From: Nitrospirota bacterium
GTDB lineage: Bacteria > Nitrospirota > UBA9217
DNA: 64,000 bases
Assembly: GCA_963796285.1 (NCBI GenBank)
Contig: CAWCKW010000006.1
Span: forward strand, 32,001 to 96,000
Direction: 5' to 3'
Positions within the stretch are counted from its first letter, which is position 1. Each line of letters begins with the position of its first letter. Positions 33,520 through 43,988 of this stretch are shown here, piece by piece. The translations under genes and the position numbers were made by a program. The notes below the pieces were generated by a model that ran no database searches, was not told the origin of the DNA, and worked only from the letters and a program-made list of their open reading frames with translations.

Positions 33520-35207
33520 ATGTTTTGTTATCAATGTGAACAGGCTTCAAACAGTAAAGCGTGCACCAAGATCGGCGTTTGCGGTAAAGACCCGGAGTTA
33601 TCATCACTTCAGGACCTCTTGATCTACTCCATGAAAGGCCTTTCGCTCGTTGCATTTGAAGGCAGGGGGCACGGCGTCGTGGACAAGGAAGTTAACCTCT
33701 TCCTGACCAAAGGGCTTTTTTCAACGCTCACGAACGTGGATTTTGATCCTAAACGGTTCGAAAAACTGATCAAGAAGAGCGTTGAGCTCCGCGAGGGGCT
33801 GAAGGCAAAGGTCACGGCAGCAGGAGGCAGGACTGACTTCGCGCACGGCAGCGTTTCCTTTAAACCTGCAGCGACCGTCGAGGCATTGGCGAAACAGGGC
33901 CGCGAGGTGAGAGAACGCGTGCCTGATGCAATGATCGACCCCGATATCCAGTCGCTCCAGGACATTCTTTTGTTTGGTCTCAAAGGCGTGGCTGCCTATG
34001 CAGATCATGCCCAGATCCTCGGGAAAACCGACGATTCCGTTTATGCGTTCATGGCCGAAGCTTTAGCAGCCATGACCGGTACCGATCTCGGCCTGAACGA
34101 ATGGGTTGCCCTCGTGCTGAAGTGCGGAGAGGTCAACCTCAAGGCCATGGAAATTCTCGACAGCGGCAATACCGGCACGTTCGGCCACCCGGTCCCGACC
34201 AAGGTCCCGCTTGGCGCGAAAAAAGGCAAGGCCATCCTTGTATCCGGCCATGACCTGAAAGACCTTGATATGATCCTGAAGCAGAGCGAGGGCAAGGGGA
34301 TCAATGTCTATACCCACGGTGAGATGCTGCCGGCCCATGGCTACCCGGGCCTCAAGAAATATCCCCATTTCTACGGCCATTACGGCACAGCATGGCAGAA
34401 CCAGCACAAAGAGTTCGCCCACTTCCCCGGCGCCATCGTGATGACCACGAACTGCATCCAGAAACCGCTGGCGTCGTACAAGGACAATCTCTTTACCTGC
34501 GGACTTGTGGGCTGGCCCGATGTGAAGCACATTGGAGACGGCAATTTTGCCTCCGTGATCGAGAAGTCCCTGTCGCTTCCGGGCTTCGCAGCCGACGCTC
34601 CGGGCAAGGAAGTATTCGCGGGCTTTGCGCGCAATGCCGTGCTCGGCGTGGCGGACAAGGTGATCGATCGGTCAAGGACGGGAAGATCCGCCACTTCTTC
34701 CTCGTGGGCGGGTGCGACGGCGCAAAGCCGGGCAGGAACTACTATACGGAATTCGTGGAAAAGGCGCCCAAGGACACGATCGTGATGACCCTGGCCTGCG
34801 GCAAGTTCCGATTCTTCGACAAGAACCTTGGGGACATCGGCGGCATCCCGCGGCTGCTCGACATCGGCCAGTGCAACGACGCATATTCGGCCGTCCAGAT
34901 CGCACTCGCGCTTTCAAAGGCCTTCAACATCGGCGTGAACGAACTGCCGCTGTCCCTCGTGCTCTCGTGGTACGAGCAGAAGGCCGTCGCCATCCTGCTC
35001 TCCCTGCTGCATTTGGGTATCAAGGACATCCGGCTCGGGCCGACGCTTCCGGCATTCATCACGCCGAACGTGCTCGACGTGCTGGTCAAGAACTTCGACA
35101 TCAAGCCCATTGCAGCAACAGCCGAAGAGGACCTCGAAACGATCCTCGGGCCTTGCTGGTCAAAGACAAAAGCGGAATGTGTGGAAGCTGAAGAAATGAC
35201 TGTCTGA
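33520..35207 (+). CDS. hcp: Hybrid cluster protein/hydroxylamine reductase (frameshift near 34668)
   Basis: MFCYQCEQ..C...GVCGK, SGHDL, THGEMLP, TTNC, GGCDG, GQCND, SWYEQKA. Confidence 0.95.
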
Positions 35208-35226
35208 TATCAATCAACTCTCGTTC

Positions 35227-35260
35227 CGGCAGGACGGAAAAACCGTCCTGCCGTTCTTTT
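35227..35260 (+). terminator. Intrinsic terminator after hcp
   Basis: CGGCAGGACGG-AAAAA-CCGTCCTGCCG followed by TTCTTTT. Confidence 0.75.
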
Positions 35261-35314
35261 GTGGAGATCCGTTGGTATCTACTTAGGCACAACCGCACTC
35301 AATGCCGAACCTTA

Positions 35315-35447
35315 TCGCGCAAAGCCGCAAAGTCGCAAAGAACGTCAACAACACGGGAAACTTGACACGTTTGTAAGAAAACAATCAAGCCTGATTCAGC
35401 ATATACACGAGACCCGCTTTCCTTTGCGACTTTGCGGCTTTGCGCGA
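35315..35447. repeat. Perfect 26-bp inverted repeat built of three 8-nt units (CGCAAAG)
   Basis: tcgcgcaaagccgcaaagtcgcaaag ... ctttgcgactttgcggctttgcgcga. Confidence 0.8.
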
Positions 35448-35490
35448 GACGCCTTGCATTTGACCTAAATAATTACATTCCGGAATGGAA

Positions 35491-35506
35491 TGTTCCACGT
35501 GGAACA
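35491..35506. promoter_or_regulatory. parS: parS site within a 30-bp perfect palindrome (35484..35513)
   Basis: AATGGAA-TGTTCCACGTGGAACA-TTCCATT upstream of parA. Confidence 0.9.
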
Positions 35507-35609
35507 TTCCATTGCCAGCCAGGTTTCTCTAATTTTTCCTTCCCTTTATCTTCTCCCTATGGTAAATTAATCGGGTTTTGTACAGTTACGCCAGAGGGGT
35601 TAGAGAAGC

Positions 35610-36387
35610 ATGGGCAGGGTCATAGCAGTAGCCAACCAAAAGGGCGGCGTGGGCAAGACCACGACCACCGTGAATGTCGCCGCATCGCTTGCTGCTGCAG
35701 AAAAAAAGGTGCTGCTCATCGACTCGGACCCCCAGGGCAATTCCTCAAGCGGCATGGGCATCGACCGGAGCGAGATCATCGGCAGCACCTATGACCTGTT
35801 CACCGGCAAAAAAACGCTCCAGGAGATAAAAAAATCAACCCACTTCCCCTGGCTCGATGTGGTCCCCGCGAAGATCGACCTGGTGGGCGTCGAGATAGAG
35901 CTCATCCAGTTGATCGCCCGCGAGCGGGTGCTCAAGAAGGCGATCGCAAGCTTCCGGAACGATTACGACTATATCCTCATCGACTGCCCGCCGTCACTCG
36001 GCCTGCTCACCGTCAACGCGCTGACCGCGGCAGACGGGGTGCTGATCCCGGTTCAGTGCGAATACTATGCCCTCGAGGGACTTACAGCGCTCATGAACAC
36101 CATCACGCTTATCAAACAGGACCTGAACCCCGACCTTGCCATCGAAGGCGTGCTCCTGACCATGTTCGACAGCAGGAACAATCTTGCCTCTCAGGTGGCG
36201 CAGGAAGTGCGCAAGTATTTCGGCAACAAGGTCTACACCACCGTCATCCACCGGAACGTAGCCCTCTCCGAGGCGCCGAGCCACGGTAAGCCCGTGCTCC
36301 TGTACGATATCCGGTCCCGGGGAGCGCAAAGCTACCTGGAGCTTGCAAAGGAGGTCATCACACAATGCAAAAGCAGGCGCTCGGTAA
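35610..36387 (+). CDS. parA: Chromosome partitioning ATPase ParA/Soj
   Basis: NQKGGVGKTTT, DSDPQGN, DCPPSLG, EAPSHG. The ORF as sequenced runs to 36527; the end at 36387 assumes an indel near 36362. Confidence 0.93.
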
Positions 36388-37212
36388 AGGACTCGGCGCG
36401 CTTATACCCGACCTTTCCTCGCTCGACGACAAAGCGCGAAAGGCCCTCGGCATCCACGAGATCGAGCTGGACAAGATCGTGCCGAACGAGTACCAGCCAA
36501 GAAAAACGTTTCAAAATGAGAGCCTGAAAGAGCTTGCCGCTTCGATAAAAGAGCACGGGGTGATCCAACCCGTCATCGTTCACCGGATCGGGACGAACTA
36601 TGGCCTCATCGCCGGTGAACGCCGGTGGCGCGCCGCGCGTCTTGCGGGGCTCAAGACCATACCGGCGCTCGTCAAAGAGGCGACCAAGCGCGAGCTCATC
36701 GAGCAGGCCCTTATAGAGAACATCCAGCGCGAGGACCTGAACCCGCTCGAGGCTGCCGAGGCGTACAAGCGGCTCCAGGACGAGTTCAAGCTTACGCAGG
36801 AAGACCTCGCGAAGCGCGTGGGAAAAGAACGGTCAACGGTCACGAACTTTCTCCGGATCCTCGGCCTTCCCAAGGAATTGAAGCAGAGCCTCGCTACCGG
36901 CGCTCTCAGCATGGGCCACGCCAAAGCGCTTCTGTCGCTCGAACGCGTGCGCGACCAGATCCAGGCCGCGTCTGCGATCGTGAAGAAGGGTCTCTCGGTG
37001 CGCGAGGCCGAAGCGCTCGCCGGCCGGCTCAAGAACCCGGCAAAGGAGAACAAAGTCGCGTCAAAGCCAGGAACTGAAATCCGTGGAAGAGAAGCTCAAG
37101 AAAGTCGCTCGGCACCAAGGTGAGCATCATAACGAAGGCCAAAGGCGGCAGGATCGTGATCGAGTACTATTCTGCCGAAGAGCTGGACAGGATGCTGGAA
37201 AAGATCGGGTAA
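36365..37212 (+). CDS. parB: ParB/Spo0J (frameshifts near the 3' end)
   Basis: LGKGLGALI, QPRKTF, IAGERRWRAA, ENIQREDLNPLE, HTH. Confidence 0.95.
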
Positions 37213-37342
37213 AAAGAAATTACCCAGCCCACTCACCAATAAGACTGGACGCTACAAAGAAAAGATGTGGAACTATTAAATAATTCGTATCTTGGTCGGT
37301 TTCGTGGTAAAGTAGATAACGAATTTTAGGGAGGGTCCATTC

Positions 37343-37738
37343 ATGTTGAAAAAGGGTTCAGGCACACCAGAACAGTCCGAGATCTCTGCTTTCCTGGGCA
37401 AAGGCACGGAGTTTAAAGGAGTGCTCAGCTTCGAGGGCACCATCCGCGTTGACGGCAAAATTGAGGGAGAGGTCATCTCCAAGGACACGCTCATCGCCGG
37501 CGACGGCGCATTTCTCCAGGGCGAGATCTCCGTGGGCACGATCATATCGAGCGGCAAGGTCGTCGGCAACATCAATGCCAGCCAGCAGGTGCACTTGCTC
37601 GCCCCGGCCAACATCCAGGGAAATATAAAGACGCCCAAGCTTATCATCGAAGAGGGCGTCACCTTCGACGGCAAGTGCGAGATGGCAGGTGAAAAGAGGT
37701 CCGCCGAGCAGAAGGTCGTGGCATTGAAGGAGAGATAA
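37343..37738 (+). CDS. Bactofilin (polymer-forming cytoskeletal protein)
   Basis: GTEFKGVLSFEGTIRVDGKIEG...IEEGVTFDGKCEM. Confidence 0.9.
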   Translation: MLKKGSGTPEQSEISAFLGKGTEFKGVLSFEGTIRVDGKIEGEVISKDTLIAGDGAFLQGEISVGTIISSGKVVGNINASQQVHLLAPANIQGNIKTPKLIIEEGVTFDGKCEMAGEKRSAEQKVVALKER

Positions 37739-38011
37739 GAAGTAATGAATTAAAGATGCTGCGTGGATCTTTACATAGTACTCACCGGCTATGCGAATCT
37801 TTCCATTCTGCAGATACGAATATACTCAGGATACGATCGCTGTCCATGACCACTGATCGCGCACTTCAGTGTTGTCGGCAGGTCGAGCGAAAAGGTAACC
37901 AACAGAGAACCGACCACGAGATATTGAAATTTAATAACAAACAAATCAACCCATCGCCGAAAAGGGCGCGGGATAATTTAATCGTTCTGATGTAACAATG
38001 GACCCCCTGTT

Positions 38012-41000
38012 ATGACGCTAATTCATCTCTATCGCACCCCCGCGCTATCCGCCTATCAAACCGCCGACCTGCTCTCGACCGCTAAACAGATTGTTTCTCC
38101 CGCCATCACCGGGATCGAAACTGAATTCTGCTTTAACATTGCCGTAAAAAGCCGCCTTATTAAGGACGAGATTCGCCTGCTCCGCTGGCTCCTGGCCGAG
38201 ACCTTTGAGCCGAAACAGTTTTCAGATTCTTCCTTTCTCACACCGCACTCCGCGCACCATACCCCGCACTTGATTTTAGAGGTCGGTCCCCGCATGAACT
38301 TCACCACTGCCTGGTCAACGAACGCGGTCTCGGTCTGCCACGCCTGCGGACTCGGAAAGATCACGAGGATCGAGCGCTCCCGGCGATACCGTCTCGATCT
38401 TGCCAAAGATATAGCGCTAACAAAGGATCAGGAAACCGCTTTTCTTGCCCTTGTCCACGACCGCATGACCGAATGCCCTTATCCCGCACCGCTCAAAACC
38501 TTCGAGACCGGGATCAAACCGGAAGCCGGTGCGCGTTATTCCGCTCATGGAACAGGGAAGGTCGGCCCTCGAAAAGATCAACCGCGAAATGGGGCTGGGG
38601 CTCGATGACTGGGACCTGGATTACTACACCAATCTTTTTGTAAAGGACATCAAGCGCAATCCCACGAACGTTGAGTGCTTCGACTTGTCACAATCGAACA
38701 GCGAACACTCGCGCCACTGGTTCTTCCGCGGCAAGCTCATCGTCGAAGGTAAGGAAATTCCCGGGAACCTGATGAAGATCGTCAAGGCCACCTACGACGC
38801 GAACCCGAACAACAGCGTCATTGCCTTCAGCGACAACTCGAGCGCCATTACGGGATACGACATCACCACCATCATCCCCGAGATCGTCGGGAAACCATCC
38901 CCGTTCCGTGAGGCGAAACGTAAGTACCATATCATATTTACCGCCGAGACGCACAACTTCCCCTCGGGCGTAGCGCCCTTTCCCGGGGCCGAGACCGGCA
39001 CGGGCGGCCGCATCCGCGACGTGCAGGCAACAGGCACGGGCGGCCTCGTGGTCGCGGGCACGGCGGCCTACTGCGTGGGCAACCTCCGCATTCCGGGCTA
39101 CGAGCTTCCCTGGGAAGACGCAGCATATTCCTATCCGCATAATCTCGCGTCGCCGCTTCGGATCGAGGTCGAGGCCAGCAACGGCGCATCGGACTACGGC
39201 AACAAGTTCGGCGAGCCCGTGATCCAGGGCTTCACCCGCTCCTTCGGCCTCCGCCTGCCTGACGGCGAGCGGAGAGAATGGATCAAGCCGATCATGTTCA
39301 GCGCCGGCGTGGGCCAGATGGACTCCCGCCACACGGACAAAACAGAAGCGCGGAAGGGCATGCTCGTGGTCAAGGTCGGCGGCCCGGCCTACCGCATCGG
39401 CATGGGCGGCGGAGCGGCCTCGTCCATGATCCAGGGCGAGAACATCGCCGAGCTCGACTTCAACGCGGTGCAGCGCGGCGACGCCGAGATGGAGCAGAAG
39501 ATGAACCGCGTGATCCGCGCCTGCGTGGAGCTTGGGGAGCGAAACCCGATCCAGAGCATCCACGACCAGGGCGCGGGCGGCAACTGCAATGTGGTGAAAG
39601 AGATCGTGCACCCCGCAGGAGCGAAGATCGATATCCGCAAGGTCCTGGTGGGCGACAACACGCTCTCGGTTCTTGAGATCTGGGGCGCGGAATATCAGGA
39701 GCAGAACGCGCTCCTCTTGAAACCCGAACACGAAGGACTTTTCCGCTCGCTCTGTGATCGCGAGAAAGTGCCCATGGCGATCATCGGCACGATCACCGGC
39801 AACGGCTACATCGTGCTCTATGACGAGATGGTCAACTCGACACCGGAGAACCTCGAACTCTCCAAAGTGCTCGGGGACATGCCGCAGAAGGTGTTCAAGC
39901 TCGACAGAAAGAAGACAAAGCTCAAACCGCTCAAACTTCCAAAAGACCTCACCATACGCGCAGCGCTCGACCGTGTGCTCCGTCTCATCTCCGTAGGCTC
40001 CAAGCGCTTTCTCACGAACAAAGTTGACCGCTCGGTCACCGGCTTGATCGCGCAGCAGCAGTGCGCGGGTCCGCTCCAGCTTACGGTGTCCGACGTTGCA
40101 GTGATCGCCCAGTCTCACTTCGGACTGACCGGCGCCGCGATCTCCATCGGCGAGCAACCCGTAAAGGGGTTGATCGACCCTGCCGCCATGGCCAGGATGA
40201 GCGTGGGCGAGGCGCTCACGAACCTCGTATGGGCCCGGGTGAGCGGACTCGGCGATATCCGTTGCTCCGCAAACTGGATGTGGGCGCCGAAGCTCCCCGG
40301 CGAAGGCGCGAGGCTCTATGACGCCGCTGTTGCCATGCGCGACATGATGATCGAACTCGGCATGGCCGTGGACGGCGGCAAGGACAGCCTGTCCATGGCC
40401 GCAAAAGTAACGAACTCCGACGGTTCTCACGAGACCGTGAAATCGCCCGGCGCGCTCGTGATATCGGCCTACGTCACCTGCCCGGACATCACCAAGACAG
40501 TGACCCCGGACCTCAAGGCGCCGGGAAAAAGCAACCTCCTGTTCATCGACCTCGGCATGGGAAATAACCGGCTTGGCGGTTCCGCGCTTGCCCAGGTTTT
40601 CGGTCAGGTGGGTGACACATCGCCGGACGCTCGACGATCCCCTGCTTCTGGCCAGGGCGTTTAATGCCGTGCAGATACTGGTTGCTGACGAACTGATCCT
40701 CGCGGGCCATGACCGCTCTGACGGAGGACTCATCACCACGCTGCTCGAAATGGCCTTTGCCGGAAACTGCGGCATTGATATCGATTTGGGCAGACAACAG
40801 AAGGAGAATGAGATCGCTTCTCTGTTCTCCGAAGAACTGGGACTGGTGATCGAATACCTTCCGTCAAACGAAGCAGAAATAATCTCTATTCTCTATAAGG
40901 CCGCGTTGCCATTCCAGGTAATCGGCACAACCACCCCGGAGATGACAATCAACATCGCCGTGAATCAAGACGCCTGTTCTTTCAGAAAGATATGCTTGTG

Positions 41001-41972
41001 CTCCGTGACCTCTGGGAAGAGACAAGCTACCAGCTCGACCTGTTGCAGCGCAATCCCCAGAACATCCGTGAAGAGCGCAGGAACATCTTCGACCGCAACG
41101 GCCCGTCCTTTGTCATTCCTTTTACGCCGACGCAAACATCCGAGGAAGACTTCTGTAGGGTCAAGAAACCCAAAGTCGCGATCATCCGCGAAGAGGGGAG
41201 TAACGGGGACCGCGAGATGGTATCGGCCTTCTTTCTCGCAGGCTTCGAGCCCTGGGACGTGACCGTCACCGATCTGCTCGGTGGCCGCATCATGCTTGAC
41301 CAGTTCCGCGGTGTGGTGTTTGTCGGAGGATTCAGCTATGCGGATGTGCTCGACTCGGCCAAGGGTTGGGCAGCTTCGCTCCGCTTCAATAAGAAAGTCT
41401 GGGACCAGCTCGATACATTCTATCACCGCCCCGATACCTTCAGCCTCGGTGTGTGCAACGGCTGCCAGCTTATGGCCTTGCTCGGCTGGGTGCCCTGGCG
41501 CGGCATAGCGGACGAGCTCCAGCCGCGCTTCATTCACAACAAGTCAGGCCGCTTCGAATCCCGCTTCTCGACGGTGAAGATCCTGAAAAGCCCATCGATC
41601 ATGCTGCAGGGCATGGAGAATTCCGTGCTCGGCATCTGGGTGGCCCACGGTGAAGGGCTGGCCTACTTCCCTGACAAGAACATGTTCAACGAATGCGAAC
41701 ACGGCCTTGCGCCGATCCGCTATGTGGACGATGGATCAAAGATCACCGAAGCCTATCCCTTCAATCCGAACGGCTCTCCCGCGGGCATTGCCGGGCTCTG
41801 CTCCCCTGACGGACGCCACCTTGCCATGATGCCCCATCCTGAACGCACCGTGCTCACCTGGCAGTGGGGATGGCTGCCGGAAGAACTCAAGAACTCCCTT
41901 ACTGCCTCTCCGTGGATCAAGATGTTCCAGAACGCCCGGGCATGGTGCGAGAATATAAAAGATCGAAAATAA
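38012..41972 (+). CDS. purL: Large-type phosphoribosylformylglycinamidine synthase (3 frameshifts)
   Basis: DRMTEC, SNSEHSRH, AETHNFP, GAETGTGG, HDQGAGG, GKDSLSM, GVCNGCQL, MMPHPER over four overlapping ORFs. Confidence 0.95.
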
Positions 41973-42221
41973 AGACAAAATTTACACATTGGTCCTGGAC
42001 TTCATTATGCCAAATAAGAGCGGTAAAGAGGTCTATGATGCGTTTATGCAAATGGGATTCAACATCAAAATACTTTGTATCAGCGGATATACTGCCGATA
42101 TGCTTCAAAAAGGGGGGTGATGGAAGATGGCGTAAATTTTCTCTACAGGTTTGTTTCGCCCAATGATCTCTTGTAAAATACGACGGACGTAGTGCGCTAG
42201 CAAGGCACTGGCCAGATACCC

Positions 42222-42959
42222 TTAGTCCAGCGACACCACGAAGCTGCCTGAATATCCGCGCTCCTCCAGGTTCTGCTCTGCCGTTTCAGCGGACCTCAAC
42301 GACGAATGCTTGCCAACATAGACCCGATAGAAGTGCTCGCCTCTTAACCAAGCCGAATGAACTTCCGAGAAACCATATATCTTCTTCATTTCCCCGGAAA
42401 GCCTTTCCGCATTCCTGGGATCGGAAAATGCGCCGATCTGGACGGTATAATTTCCGGCATCATAGTTCTCCAGTTCGTTATACTGATCTGCACCGCTACC
42501 GCGATAACCCAGCGCTACGACCCTTACCGGCGCTGTTCCCGCAATATCGACACCGAGCAACTTTGCCGCTGAATAGGACAGATCGATGATCCGCCCTTTT
42601 ACAAACGGACCCCGGTCATTGACACGCACGATGGCCTCATGACCGTTGGCAGTGTTCGTCACCCTGACAAATACCCCGAGCGGCAACGTCTTGTGCGCCG
42701 CGGTCATGGCGTGCATGTCGTAAGTCTCGCCATTGCTCGTTTTTTTACCGTTGAAATCATCTCCGTACCAGCTTGCGATGCCGGTCTGAACGAAGCCCGC
42801 ATGAGTTTGCAGCGGCTCATATCGCTGGCCCAGAACGGTATAGGGCCGTTGATACGCCTTTTGCCGGGATTCCGGCGGTTTCGCTACCGGGGTCTTTTTC
42901 GGTGCGCACGCCGACACCAGCATGACACAACACATGAACAGTATGCACCGCCTCATCAT
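42222..42959 (-). CDS. rlpA: Septal ring lytic transglycosylase RlpA with SPOR domain
   Basis: Lipobox (VSAC), GIASWYG, TAAHKTLP, VNDRGPF, IIDLSYSAA; C-terminal VQIGAF. Confidence 0.93.
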   Translation of the reverse strand: MMRRCILFMCCVMLVSACAPKKTPVAKPPESRQKAYQRPYTVLGQRYEPLQTHAGFVQTGIASWYGDDFNGKKTSNGETYDMHAMTAAHKTLPLGVFVRVTNTANGHEAIVRVNDRGPFVKGRIIDLSYSAAKLLGVDIAGTAPVRVVALGYRGSGADQYNELENYDAGNYTVQIGAFSDPRNAERLSGEMKKIYGFSEVHSAWLRGEHFYRVYVGKHSSLRSAETAEQNLEERGYSGSFVVSLD

Positions 42960-43124
42960 CCCGCCATACCCCTTGCTCTTTTTATCAACCCCGTGTATTA
43001 TCTTGCGCAGTACCGCGTGCGAAGACGGCCTGTGGTGCTATCATACAAACTATTGACCAGCAGGGCAACAGAAAAAAACCCGCTTTCCCGACAACACAAC
43101 TTTCCTGCATAAGGAGGCGCGTCC

Positions 43125-43430
43125 ATGATCAAACATGTGGTTATGTGGAAGCTCAAGGATTTCGCGGAAGATGCGGACAGGGCACGGAACGCGAAAAGGA
43201 TCAAGATCGAGCTGGAGGCGTTAAAAAATACCATCCCGCAGATCTTTCATCTGGAAGTCGGCATCAACTTCCTCGAATCCGATGCCGCCTATGACGTGGT
43301 GCTCTTTTCTGTTTTTAAGAACGAGAAGGACCTCGAGCTCTATCAGAACCATCCTGACCATCGCGCAGCCGCCGAGTTCGTCGGCAAGGTAAAAGAGAGC
43401 AGGGTCGTCGTCGACTACAAGACGCTTTGA
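43125..43430 (+). CDS. Dabb family (stress-responsive A/B barrel) protein
   Basis: MIKHVVMWKLK, YQNHPDH, VVDY. Confidence 0.88.
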   Translation: MIKHVVMWKLKDFAEDADRARNAKRIKIELEALKNTIPQIFHLEVGINFLESDAAYDVVLFSVFKNEKDLELYQNHPDHRAAAEFVGKVKESRVVVDYKTL

Positions 43431-43448
43431 CGCTTCAAGGAGCATCCC

Positions 43449-43775
43449 ATGGAACGGACCATACAACCTGTGGACCTCAAAGAACAGCTGGCAATCCGGA
43501 AAGATCTCATCCTCATCGACGTCCGGCGCAAGGAGGATTATGATGCTGACCAGGAGAAGCTTCCGGGCGCTGAGTGGCGCGATCCTGACAAGGTGGATGA
43601 ATGGAGCGCGGAACTTCCCATGGACAAGCAGGTGATGGTCTACTGCGTTCGCGGCGGCTCGGTGAGCAACCGGGTGATTGACCATCTGCAGGAAAAGAAC
43701 GTTCAGGCCCGCTTTATCGAAGGCGGGATCGAAGCATGGAAAGCGGCCAACGGACCAATGATCAAAAAACGTTAG
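43449..43775 (+). CDS. Rhodanese-like domain protein
   Basis: LIDVR, LPGA, VYCVRGGSVS, IEGGIEAW. Confidence 0.88.
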   Translation: MERTIQPVDLKEQLAIRKDLILIDVRRKEDYDADQEKLPGAEWRDPDKVDEWSAELPMDKQVMVYCVRGGSVSNRVIDHLQEKNVQARFIEGGIEAWKAANGPMIKKR

Positions 43776-43988
43776 CAGCCTCCGAATGTTTCTGTAACAT
43801 GAATAATATGGAATGACAATTTGCCGCGGATTGACCCTGTATTGGAAAAGCTTAAGACAAATTCAGTTGTCACCATTTGGCGAATCACGGCTGTGCTGTT
43901 TCTCGTTATCATCAGTGCTTTTCCGTGTTTATCCATGGCCAATAGCCTTTTTAAGTAATAGCGATCCATCTGCCCGTGAGGTCCTGTC

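Noticed and set aside
36388-36527. C-terminally extended ParA overlapping parB
   Set aside because: More simply explained by one indel near 36362, given the error rate in this region.
38688-40775. Long antisense ORFs (also 49444..51720, 19916..21172, 15465..16439)
   Set aside because: Shadow frames of GC-rich, codon-biased real genes; no recognisable motifs.
38500-41000. Programmed frameshifting or split purS/purL/purQ organisation
   Set aside because: Breaks fall mid-domain without slippery sites or RBS-led restarts; the sequence is of the large single-chain PurL type.
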